Assembly (NCBI GenBank): GCA_965202585.1 | Contig: OZ241828.1 | Location: 51,460,001-51,524,000 of the forward strand | Reading direction: 5' to 3' | Source: Thalia democratica | Taxonomy: Eukaryota | DNA length: 64,000 nucleotides | Shown here: piece by piece, positions 42,876 to 58,408 of the stretch | Layout: every line of letters begins with the position of its first letter | Position numbering within the stretch: the stretch's first letter is position 1 | Program-made: the position numbers and the translations under genes | Notes under the pieces: generated by a model | The model's input: only the letters and a program-made list of their open reading frames with translations | What the model was told of the DNA's origin: nothing | The model's database searches: none

Positions 42876-44109
42876 TCCGTATAAATTGGATTACTGACTG
42901 CTGGTAGACTCTTACCTGCTGACTGCTTGGGAAGTCTTTTAGACTGATACGTATTTAAAGAATTGTTACTAATATTTTTAAAAGTGAAATTAGTTTATTG
43001 TAAATCGTTTCAAATTTATTTTTTCTTAGAATATTTTTACAGTTGCTTGTTTAAATTCATCTTTTAGTTCATATGTTTATATTTTTTTAGTAAGTTGTTT
43101 TTTTGGTCATTTCAAATAGAAATTTGCAACAAAATATTTTGCTAGTTTCATATTAATCCTAAATAAAAATTTCAAATAATAGACAAATTTTCTAAATTAT
43201 CTAAATATATCTTTTATTATTTAATTGACCTGATAAAAATTGTTCATTGCAGTCGATATTGTTACATTAGACAATACTTTGTTAATAAAATTTAGTATAT
43301 GAAAAACTAAGTATAAACTTATTGTAGCAATATTTAAGTAAGACCAAATAGTTTTTATTATATAAGTTCGAACTATATTTAAATTACCTTTTTAAGATCT
43401 TAAATTTATAACTTACTAACGAACAATAAACGCAATAATAGTTATCATTTAATCTAACAAAAAAGTATTAATTTCTTATGTAATAAAATATATATCATTT
43501 AAATAACTCGTGTTGCAAGCAAACTGGAAATTCCGAATTCATAAGGTTCTGAAATATATAAAACACAAAAAACATCAAACTTCTTGTAAAAGTTGTTCAC
43601 ATATAACAAATGAGAAAGATTGCATTTTCTTAAAAGTACTAGTCAACTACTAAATTCTATTTTACTTAGAATGCAAATTTGTAAAATATTGTTGTTATCT
43701 GTTAATTATAGGTATGAATATGTTCTAATTTTTGTACTTTAAAATGTTTATAATTACTACGAAATCGAGTTAAATAGATAATAAGGTATTATTTGAGATT
43801 ATTAGAAGAAAACTAAAAAATAATTTATGTAACAACAACAGACTTTTTTCTTCACAAAGTCAATTTGTTTATCAATATTTAACTTTTGCAGCAACCCAAT
43901 TAAAGTTATTAGTTGATTTATCTTGAGCTTTCAATTTGTTTAGTTTTGTGTGATGCGAACAATATTATGTTTAATTAAAATAATTTTATAGACATCTTTC
44001 AACATCTTTTACCAAAAATTTTCTATTAAGCTGAAACTAAACTATCAAAATAGATAAACTTCTATAACTGCAGTTAAATGTTAGTTCAGTGTATTTATAA
44101 ATACTTCAA

Positions 44110-44477
44110 ATTAAACTGATAAAAAGTATTTCGCTTAAAACTGATACTTCATTGATTAACATCATTTTAGAGCAAAAGTATTAAAAAAGTAGAACATATA
44201 TTAGAGGCGTCACGCTAAAGTTCCTTAAAGTAAATTTTTGAACAAAATGTTTTTAGTTTTACTTAAAAAAAAACTAAGCGCAATTGTGTATCTTGTTTTA
44301 TAGTTAATGGTCAATAAGGCTTCAATACTTAAAATAATTTACAACAAAAATGTAGAAAGTAGACCAATAGCTTTGTATTTTAATTTAAAAAGCAAGGATT
44401 TATGCATTTTTTTTAATAAAAGTATAATTATAAAACGTATAATAATTTTTGTCTACTCTCTGTATAATTACAAAAAA
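44110..44477 (-). repeat. Right arm of a ~365 bp inverted repeat pair (partner 33261-33625)
   Basis: Reverse-complement match to 33261-33625 and to ~52488-52864. Confidence 0.85.
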
Positions 44478-45063
44478 CAGTTTTACTTCAATTTTAAATA
44501 AAAAGTCAATTCTTAATAATATAGTTCACTTAATCTATAAACTTTAAATTATTAGTCAAAAGTTATATCGAATAATGCAGTCTATCAAATACTTTTATTT
44601 TAATATCTAACCTGAATGAAAACTTTAGCAATTAGTGTTTCAATACACTTTTTAAACTTATTTAATAAACTTTAACACTAATTACCAATTTGTAAACTTA
44701 AATTATACCTTTCACTTTTAAAATTTTGAATCTTTTATAAATTTATGCTTTTACTAGTAAATAAATATATCTTTCTTGGTTGAGTTTTTTCACAAACTAA
44801 TTACAAGAATGATAAAGTCTGTAATACAAAACATAACTAAAATTAGGTAAATACTTCTACAACTAGTGCCCAATGACAAAAATTTAAATTGCAGGTTTTA
44901 TTGACAAAAATTTAAATGAAAATTTTACTTATTTTTATTATAAAGATATAGAAAAACAATTTAATTAGTAGTTCTTGTTGACAAGCTTTTCTAATAAATA
45001 AACTTTAAGGTTCATAAACTTCTGAAAAAAAAATGTACTATGTAAACTAGTGATAGGTTTTGT

Positions 45064-45186
45064 TAGGGGTATGCAACATAAGGTCCGCGAAGTGATAATA
45101 ACCGGCCCACCAATGTTTACAAATTATAAGTAGTATTCGGCCTGCGAAAGGTAAAACTTCTACCCTCGGGCATGTAAATCTGGTCC
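45064..45186 (+). mobile_element. Isolated hAT left-end fragment
   Basis: TAGGGGTATGCAACATAAGGTCCGCG..CCGGCCC..CGGCCTGCG resembles hAT termini of the CAGGGGT..CAAC..CGGCCCGCG type. Similar lone ends occur at ~38251-38285 and ~41399-41465 and in copy B. Confidence 0.45.
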
Positions 45187-45787
45187 ATTAAACCAAATTT
45201 AAAACTTACACTCTATATTCTCGATTTTGAACTGAAGAGCAAAAAGTAAAAATATTTTAGGTATAATCAACTGGAGATTTAAAACTTACACTAGATAGAG
45301 TAATAAAAAAAAGTTCTAATACAATTAGTATTTTTCAAAATGAATTGGATAATTGAATAATTTTCTTAAACTAAATGAAAAAAAGTGCTCAAGATAGGGT
45401 TACCACCTGAAGCGTATAATTATTTTTTTACTTACTAACCACTGGTTATAACCTACACAGTGAAAATAAGTTTTTTTCTTAAGACTATTTATTTGTATAA
45501 GAAGAAACCAGTTTACAATATTTTATAACCTATTCTTTTTAAAAAAATATGTACTATTTAGTTTATTTTTCCTATTTAACTAATTTATTCACAGTATTGC
45601 AATATTTTAATCAATTTTCAGTAAAAAACACGTAGTTTACTACATAATTATCTTTTTAATAATTAATCACCGGTTATAATCTACCTATTTTTTGTATGAA
45701 AGAAAACAGTTAGTAATTTTATCACCAATTTTAATAAAGAAGTCTGTGCTGTGTAGTTCTATTTTTAATCATAGACATTATCCACAG

Positions 45788-46020
45788 CGTTGCATCTACT
45801 TTTTTTGCAAGCATCCGTCGTTGGACGATTGACTTTCAAACGAGAAGATAATGAAAAGTATCCGTGAGAGGTCGCAAGAGCGCAGGTGGGCGGACAACGA
45901 CGCGTGCTTCAGCGCCGCAATCGACGACGATTTCGACGTGTAGCTGTGCGGAACACGTTGCAGAATTTCAACAAGGTTTACCTCCAATGGGTCAAGCACT
46001 GCTACCAGAGAAGAGAAAAA
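45788..46020 (+). pseudogene. PCNX: Degenerate duplicate of pecanex exon 37
   Basis: Aligns to 26100-26333 but has TGG>TGA, TGG>TAG, a 1-nt deletion (GTGACG>ACACG) and four missense codons. Splice sites CAG/GTGAGT are retained. No duplicate of exons 1-36 precedes it. Confidence 0.93.
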
Positions 46021-46328
46021 GTGAGTTGATGTTTAATCTAATAAATTCCTTATTTTAATAAAAATTTGTTTTATTTATTCCTGCTCTAAATAATTTTTAC
46101 TTACTGTTTTATTTTTTTGATTAAACACTTTTATTTTAGGTTTGTTTAATACTGAAAGTCTCTTATAGAAAAGAAATATTAAAATGTTTCTAATTAACTT
46201 CAAAATAAAGTAAACACTTTAAAAATGTACAATCATAAACCTTCTTTTATTCGCTTAACTTAATGCTTTTGTTATTCCTGATGCCAAATCTTGTTAACAT
46301 TCCAATATATATACTTTTAATTTTTAAG

Positions 46329-50001
<3,673 letters not shown>

Positions 50002-52970
50002 TTTACACAAATTACCATCAACTTAGTTTCACACAATAAGTTGTGCTTCTTAAATTTATTTATAACTGAATAATCAGCAGTTTATGATCTATTTTCTCTA
50101 TACAATCTACAATAACTATTTAATGTATATACGCTCTGATATGCTGATACAATGTGCATAATCATTATTTAAGTATTGCAGAAGGTTTAGTTAAGCAATT
50201 TATAAAATATCAATAAGTTCTTGTTAAGTTTATAGTTACACCTGACGCCAATTTTTTTAAGATTCAGAAGCGTCAGTTGTTTTCAGAATTTAAAGTAAAC
50301 TTCAAATAACTCCATTTTTAACGAAATAATTATCTTAATAAAACTTATGCACTTCGACAGTAAAGAGCATTTATTTAAACTAGTTTTCTATAAAATTTAT
50401 TTTTACTATTTTTCTTATAAAAAAATAACTATAATTTATTGTTCCCTTAAATATTTAGAAATAGCTTTTGATTATCAATTACAAAAATTTAAATAAATTA
50501 AAACAAGTTTTTTAATTAGCATGCTATAGCTATTTCTTGATTGTTTTGTATTTCTATGTTCGTTTGTGTTTTTTTCTTGCTTTAGTTTTTATCACATTTT
50601 GAACTCATTTAAATTTTATGTGGTGTTTTATTACTTATTCCATCCAATTTTGATAGAATTAATAATCTTACTTAACAACGTTTTAGTAAAACTATTTTAA
50701 TTTTAACAATCATAAAGGTAACTACAATTTTTTTATTGCATTTCGAATATAGAGTTACATAATAAACAAAAAAAAATTGTTAGTTTATACTAAATAAAAT
50801 CATTACAACTTTTTTGATTTCTAAAAAATTGTTGAGTTGTAGTAGTAACAAATAAATCCAATGTTTACAAATAAACAAATACAAATTAGACCTTTATTGA
50901 ATTTTTATGAAAATAAATGTAAGTTAGTCTACTGTAAATAAAATTAAAACAGTATCAAAGCAAGCAAACAAACATTCATTGTTCTTACTACTTACAAAAA
51001 GTGTTTTTTTATAAACTATCTTTATCTTGAAATTTATGCTGAAAGGCTAGACACTAAAGTATGATTTAAAACTCTGGGTAAGCTGGATAAATTACATGGG
51101 TTAACTACACAATAAAGCTTAATAACATTGTTTTGTCTAAGGTGATTTAGGGATATGTGTATCAAACTACGCATTTAATACAAGTTTTTGTTTTACTTTT
51201 TCAGTATATCAAAAAGTATAAAACAAGTAAACTTTGAAATCTTTAACACGCTAAAGTAAAGTGTTCTTATCAAGAGCGAGCTTTCTTTTTTTTTTGAGTT
51301 CTATTGCAAAAGCTTTATACCAAACTAGACTTAAATGTTAAAACTTTATTAATCGCTTGTACATAATTAGTGAATTTTATAAATTTTTATTTTAGATATG
51401 TATATGAAAATATTTTAATGTAAAAGAACAATAAGTTATAGAATCTTTTTAGCCTGTGAAAAAAAAACAACTTTAAATATTGTTATATCTAGCTTTTGTA
51501 AAAGTTTAATTTTTTAGTTCAAAAAAGAAAAAAAAAAAACTGGTAGTAAACGAAATTGTAGTTTTCTTTATTGATTTAGGTTTATTGCATTTAAAAACTA
51601 TATGAGCTTTTTAATACCCATTTTTGGTCTTAAGAACGATATTTTTACTTAAACAGTTTTTGTTTATCCTTAAATTGACAAAGCTTGAGCTTTAGTAGTT
51701 TTGAAATTAAAACGATTATTCTATTTAAACATAAAGTGTTTCGCCGCGTAAAATTTAGATTTACTTAATTAAAATGAAATAAAAAACTGGAAGTACACAA
51801 AGTAATCTACTAAACTTCTTTTTACCTACTAGATGTAATAAGTTCCGGTTAAAAAAAACTTATAGTTGTTATGTTTTCTTAGTTTTGTCGTTAATGATAA
51901 ATATTAGTTATATATAAGATGTATAATCATGATAAATAACAATTCAGCAATGATTGTTGTTGTGTGCTCATGTATTTTTATACCTTTGTTAAATAATTGC
52001 ATAAAGAAAGATTTTATTCTACAATGTTATAGTTTTACAAAGAATAACTTTTTTTTTTTAATTATTCTTGTTGAAAAAAAAAATAATAGTAATGATTATG
52101 TTTATAGGGGGTATTTGTGTTATACATTTTTTTCATACAGCTAAAAAACTTGTTGGAAATATGCTAAAGGCAGCATTTCTTTTAAATCCAGTAAACTAAA
52201 AAAAAACATTTTCAACAAAAATATCTGTATAAAATTCTTAACAAATGTTGTACTTTTTAAATCCTTGATACCAATTTTTTTTACTAACTAAATCTACGTA
52301 TAACTGTGTCGTTATTTCGAAGATTGAATAGATATTTTCAAGTCTTAAACTAAAGAAGGAGAATTTAAGGTTTGCTTAATCAGTTTTTTTTTGTAGACTT
52401 AAAACTAATGAACTAAGTTTTAAAACTTGTTTAATGTAAAAGTCAGTAAACAATAAAAATGCTTAAAATTTTACCAATACTCTTATATTTTTGTAACTAT
52501 ACAGAGAGTAGACAAAAAATCCTATATGTTTTACAATTATACTTTTATTGAAAAAATTCAAAAATTCTTGCTTTTTAAGTTAAAATACAAAGCTATTGGT
52601 CTATTTTTTACATTTTTATTGTAAGTTACTTTAAATATTGAAGCCTTATTGACCATTATCTACACAAAAAGATAAACAAGATACACAATTGCGCTTAAAA
52701 ATACTTTTTATAAGTAAAACAAAATCATTTTGTTCAAAAAATTACTTTAAGGAATTTTAGCGTGACGCCTCTAATATATGTTCTACTTTTTTAATACTTT
52801 TGCTCTAAAATGATGTTAATCAATAAAGTATCAGATTTAAGCAAAATACTTTTTACCAGCTTAACAATTTATTAATAAAACAAATTATTTTCATTTATTG
52901 ACTGTTTATTTTATGTTGTTCATTAAAATAATTATTTTCATATCCAAATATGTTCACATTTAAAACCCTC

Positions 52971-55900
52971 TCACCACTCATCATCACTATCAACCACACT
53001 CTCACGCTTTTTCGTTGTCCACATTGCATTCATTTTTTCAAAGGTTGCTTTATTGCTTTCTGAAAGCATACACACTTTATGCTCGTCGGTGTAACGGTAC
53101 GAGACAAATTTATCGCTACCGCTCACACTGTCACAATCACTCTCACAATCACATTCACAGTCACTCTCACAATCACTCTCACAATCACTCTCACAATCAC
53201 TCTCACAGTCACTCTCACAATCACTCTCACAGTCACTCTCACAGTCACTCTCACAACCACTCTCGCTATCACATTCATTCTCATTATCACAATCACTATC
53301 ATTGTCACAATCACTCTCGCTATCAATGTTTGTCTCATCAACTCTTATCTTAAACAAGTCCCACTGGCTCTCGCAAGAATCTTGTATCTTGATAGAACTC
53401 TCGCATACATCTACACGGGTGCTTTCACTGTCTTTCATGCTTTCTGTTACAAAAAGAGTTTTGACCTTAAAGCTTCCCACCTCATTGCTTTCCTCTTCAT
53501 TGAAACTCTCCGGCTCAACAGCAGGTTTTTCATAACGGCTCTGCCTTTCACCAGTTTCATCACCATCACAATCTCTGAGACTTTTTAACTCATCACCTTC
53601 ATCACCGTCGTCATCAGAGTGTTCTCCTTCACCATTGCAACTCTCACTATCTTCATCGCTACTCTCTTCCTCCGGAGCCATCATATAACTGTCACTCAAG
53701 CAAAGGTCTGTGTAATTTAAATAACAATAAGGTTACCAACTTATTATAATTTTCGATTAACAAAACAGCTAATTGAACATGTTGTTGAGTAGTTTATGAA
53801 AACACGTTAAAAAATTATTAATTTAAAATACTACTTACCGTGGAGTGTAAAGTGAGGAATTTTATCTACATAGACCGTCGTGGATTCTATTGACTCTGCT
53901 TCTGTAAAAGATATTATAGTAATTTACGAAACTTAAGTTTGTAAATATTTTAGTTTGTTCTGTTAGGGACGTTTCTTGAATATGCTGCAGTGCTACAAAT
54001 TTAAAATATGTTTTTAGTTTGTTTTTACGTTGTAAATTATTTTTTCGTTTAATGAACTTAAAAAAGAGTTGATTACTGTAAGTCGTAACCGTTATATGTT
54101 GAAAATTCATGACTCGTTCTTACAAAACATTCTGTTAAAAGTAAGAAAAAATGTTATTAAATAGTTTAACTTATGAAAAAATGTAAAAATGTTTTAAAGA
54201 TATACCTTCAACGTATCCGTGTTCATTTTCCGCTGCTGTTTTAATCTGATCTTCATTTTCTTCATCAGAAGTTTCTTCATTTTCTTCAGCAGAAGTTTCT
54301 TCATTTTCTTCATCAGAAGTTTCTTCGTTTTCTTCATCAGACGTTTCTTCATTTTCTTCAGCAGAAGTTTCTTCATTTTCTTCATCAGAAGTTTCTTCAT
54401 TTTCTTCATCAGACGTTTCTTCATTTTCTTCAGCAGAAGTTTCTTCAGTAGAAGTTTCTCCACTTTCTCCAGTAGAAGTTTCTTCAGCAAAAAATTTCTC
54501 TAGTAAAAAGGCAGCAATTTTTCTACGAACGCTTCTTGCAACTTTGATGAAAGCATCAGCCTAATTTTTTTAAAAAGTATTGTTAATAAACATTTGCAGT
54601 TAAAAGTGCAGCAATATAAAGTTAATGATTGATGTGTTAAAGTATGTCTAAAAAGTTATTATCTTTAAACTATTTCAACTATGTTTTCAATTTTTTTAAA
54701 ATGTTTATACTATAAAAAGTAACTGAAAATTGAAATATGTTTTTCATTTAAAATGTTATTATAAAGAACAGTAGTGTATCAAACCAATAAGAAAGTTTGT
54801 CAGTCTAACATTTTAGGAAAAAACACATACACCATTGTTTAAAGGCAAATTCTCATCAATTGTATAATTTTAAGTGAAAAACTAAAAACTTACCAACAAA
54901 AGAACAACTTTGCTAAGAACATGAACTGAGATCGTGTTCAGTTTTTTAACGGAAATAGTGAACCAATGCTTTACAGTTTGCAGCTTAGATACAACCAAGA
55001 TGAAATAAAAAGGAGATACACTTGCTATAATTATCAAAGATTTTGATATCAGCTGAAAAATTTTGTGAAAACCAGAAGCACAACGTTGGAAAATATATTT
55101 TAGTGCGACAATCAAAGCAGCAAACCTGTATTTAAAATATTTCTATTGATTTTAATGATAAGTAATACTGTTAGTTATTTCTAAAAACGAGACTTTATTT
55201 ACTTTTTGAACTCAATGCAGTAAAATTAAATGTCTTGTACCAATACATCTAATACTGTATGGTCACTGAGTTATTTTTTTAATTACATAATAGAAATAAT
55301 AACACTTAAGTATAACTTAATTTCAATTTTTCATACTATTTAGTTCTCTGTATGCTAACTTTAGCAAACAAAGTCAATAGAAAATAATAACTAGTTATAT
55401 AAGGACCATAATATGTTATTTAAACTATGTTAAGAGTTTTGTCTGAAATTAGTAAATAGTCTGAGACTCTGAAGTCCTAATAAATATATTAAAATATTTG
55501 TTGTGCCTATTTCCAACGGTTAACGCTAGTATTTTACAAACTGTTTTTTTTTTGGCTATTAATTTTTTTAAATAGTCTATACGCAGGAGGTAAAAATTTT
55601 CTTGATTTAATTGTTTTATTATTGAATAGTTTTGATGTCAAATTTTACGTTATAATTAACTATTATAATATAGTATTTTATATAAAAATATTTACTAACA
55701 AGTACTTTGCTGCTATCTTTGCCAAAGAGAATTCAACTATCGTAAGGAGTTCCGAGCCTAGATAAAACTTTTCTGCAATTTTTGCTCTTTTCTGTCCGTA
55801 TATTGTATTTATCTGACCAATGATCGTCTTTTTTTCTTCCTTTGGTTCAGGTACGATCCATCTTTTTATTTTATCTAAGAACTTATCGTTGCTTTCTTCG

Positions 55901-56091
55901 GGTTTCTCAACGAACCCTTCCAAAAAGTCTACTACTTTTTTTTCGTATGTCACTGATTTGTCTATGTTGTCAATAACCTCAACTTCTATCATAGTATTAT
56001 TCTTTACTATGCTTAAGATCAATTTTGTACTTATGATGCACAATGAGCACAAAAATAGTGCTTGAAGTATTTTTATCTTCATAACCGGCAT
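52971..56091 (-). CDS. Uncharacterised hydrophobic protein with acidic Ser/Glu/Asp/Cys repeat tail, copy B (592 aa, apparently full length)
   Basis: Exons 56091-55700, 55125-54894, 54560-54206, 53901-53839, 53707-52971. Same splice phases as copy A, open throughout, ends ...KKRESVVDSDDEW-stop. Confidence 0.83.
53128..53330 (-). repeat. Coding 12-bp minisatellite, (ESDC)n, copy B
   Basis: Same unit, different variant order from copy A. Confidence 0.95.
54250..54490 (-). repeat. Coding 24-bp minisatellite, eight TS(A/D)EENEE units, copy B
   Basis: Units run A,D,D,A,D,D,A,D, i.e. a 72-bp higher-order repeat. Confidence 0.92.
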
Positions 56092-56282
56092 TCTGATTAC
56101 TAAAAAATATATGTAATCTTACTATTTTATATTTTCAACCAAAATATAAAACAACGTCATAATTAGTTTAGTAACTATAATGTGTATTTTAGAAAAATAT
56201 TTGTTTAAATTACTGTTAAGTATAGAAAATGATTTTTTTTTATATAATAAATTTAATTAATTTATTTAATTAAAGACTAGAA

Positions 56283-57568
56283 CAGGGGTCGCCAAGCTGA
56301 AGGTACTCGGGGGCAAAATTTCGAATTTGAAATATGTTCGGGGGCCGTAGTTTTAGTCAGACATTTTAAATTATTTAGTTTTAATCAGTCTAATACTTGA
56401 GTCTAAGTTATATATGTATATAGGGATTATTATTAAAAGATAAAAGTGCGCTTTTTGTCTTAATGAACTCACTATGCATCTAATTAACTATTAAGTTCAT
56501 ACTTGGTAATTTAACTACTTAACTACCACCTACTAGCACAAAATAAAGTTTTTTTACTTTAAAAAAAACCTATAGTTTTGCTCAAAATTAAAAAAATTCT
56601 TCAATAGGATTGTTTATATTAAGTTCAGTATATACTAAAAAGGTTTGAGATAAGTTGTTTAAAAACTTTAGGAGAATATATATTTCAATGAAATAGTCTT
56701 TTATTTGCCTTTTTAATTTAGCCTTCCTATAATGAATCTATTGAGTTCTCCAACTTTGTACCCTGATATCTAAAAACTAGTATGAATTTTACAAAACGGT
56801 AAAAAGTAACTGTTAGCTAAGTTAAAGATCTGTAAAATAAGATTAACATGTAAAAAAAGTGCTTCCCCCCAATAGTCTTAATATACATGACAATTAATAA
56901 TATAATAACTAGAATATTAATTTAAATACTTGAAATAAATAAAACAATGATCATATATTATTATCTATTTATAATGATGTTTTTACTCTTTCTTTAAAAA
57001 TCAACTTTTAAATGCAGTGAAAAAGTTTTTTGATGAAGAGCTACAAATAAATTAATTGTTCAGCAAAACACTTAGTGTGATTAAAAAAAGTACCTTTTTA
57101 TTTAAATACTGTGCAAAGGTTGAGATTACATTGGAAACTACTAAAATGTGCATTAATGAGAATTATTCAATAAGTACTAATCTCATAACTTACGAAATCC
57201 AAGAACAGCCCAAGCAAGATTAAAAGCATTTTAACAGAAACTTTAGATCAACAGAAGCAGGAAAGACCCCAATGTTTCTACTGTGAAGAAAAGCTCATAA
57301 ATGTACAATCTGTCTTTTTAACTTTTTAAGTTTAAGCGGTAAAAATAGTATTTTATATCAGGTACAAAATATAGAACAATTCAAAAAACAGAACTTTAAC
57401 CAAAAAATCAACTTATAATTAAATTATTAGTTTGCCGCAACAACATGCTCGCCTCAGAATTACCTTTTGCGGGCCGCATCCCATTAAAACTAAAAAAATG
57501 CTCGCGGGCCGCAGATTTACTCTTTGAGGGCCACATGCGGCTCGCGGGCCACGTGTTGCCGACCCCTG
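56283..57568. mobile_element. Non-autonomous hAT-type DNA transposon, copy B
   Basis: CAGGGGTCGCCAA ... TTGCCGACCCCTG with TSD gactagaa / gactagga. Confidence 0.88.
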
Positions 57569-58365
57569 GACTAGGAAATAAAAACCAATACAAAAGTTGT
57601 GCTATAGTTTATTAATTAGTTCAGGAGTCAGCAAACTGCTGCTTGTGGGCCACATTATTTTTTTTTATTAATTCATTACAAGTTTGCTACTTTAAAGTTT
57701 TGCTTTTCAGCTTCATGATTTTTAATTAGTCAGTCTAAAAAAGCCTTTTATTGCAACAAAAATGCTCATAAAAGGTGTTTTTAAGTAATTGTCAATCTTT
57801 ATTATAGGTCATAGAAAATAACTATGTACACACTCTTTAAAAGTTTGCAAATCCAAGTTTATACTTTTAAACCAATTGTTTTACATTACTTAACAAGACA
57901 TTCTTAAGTATGCGACTCGATAACCAAAATGTTTTTTCGTACAACAGGACCTAAAACCAAATATTTTGAGTGTTTTTTTGTCGTTTAATGAACAATAATA
58001 AAATAAAAACAAACTATATTAGCTTGAAAATTTCGCGTAGAAGTTTTTTTAAATTTAGATATATATAGATTTTTTTAATTGGCTTCTAAGTTTATGTTGT
58101 TGTAAGCAATACTGCAAAACCTTCAAAATTTCTGTATTTATGAACACTTTAAAAACTGGTTGTTCTTATTTATTAAGAATTTACAAATTCGGTTTGATAT
58201 AAAAGGGTAATATTTTATGTTGTGCTTAAAATTGTGTAGAACTTTACTCTGTAAAAGATAACAAGCTGTAACAAATCAATTTGTTAGTGACCAATACCAG
58301 CAAACGACCGATTCATGATTTATCATAATAACCCGTTTGTAGATTGATAACTACAATTCAGTTGT

Positions 58366-58408
58366 GACTGACTGATGAATTCTAATCAGGACGAAACCGG
58401 TCTCAGTC
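58366..58408 (+). ncRNA. Minimal type I hammerhead ribozyme, copy B
   Basis: Same as 39007-39049 except one C>T change that gives a U-G pair in stem II. Confidence 0.78.
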
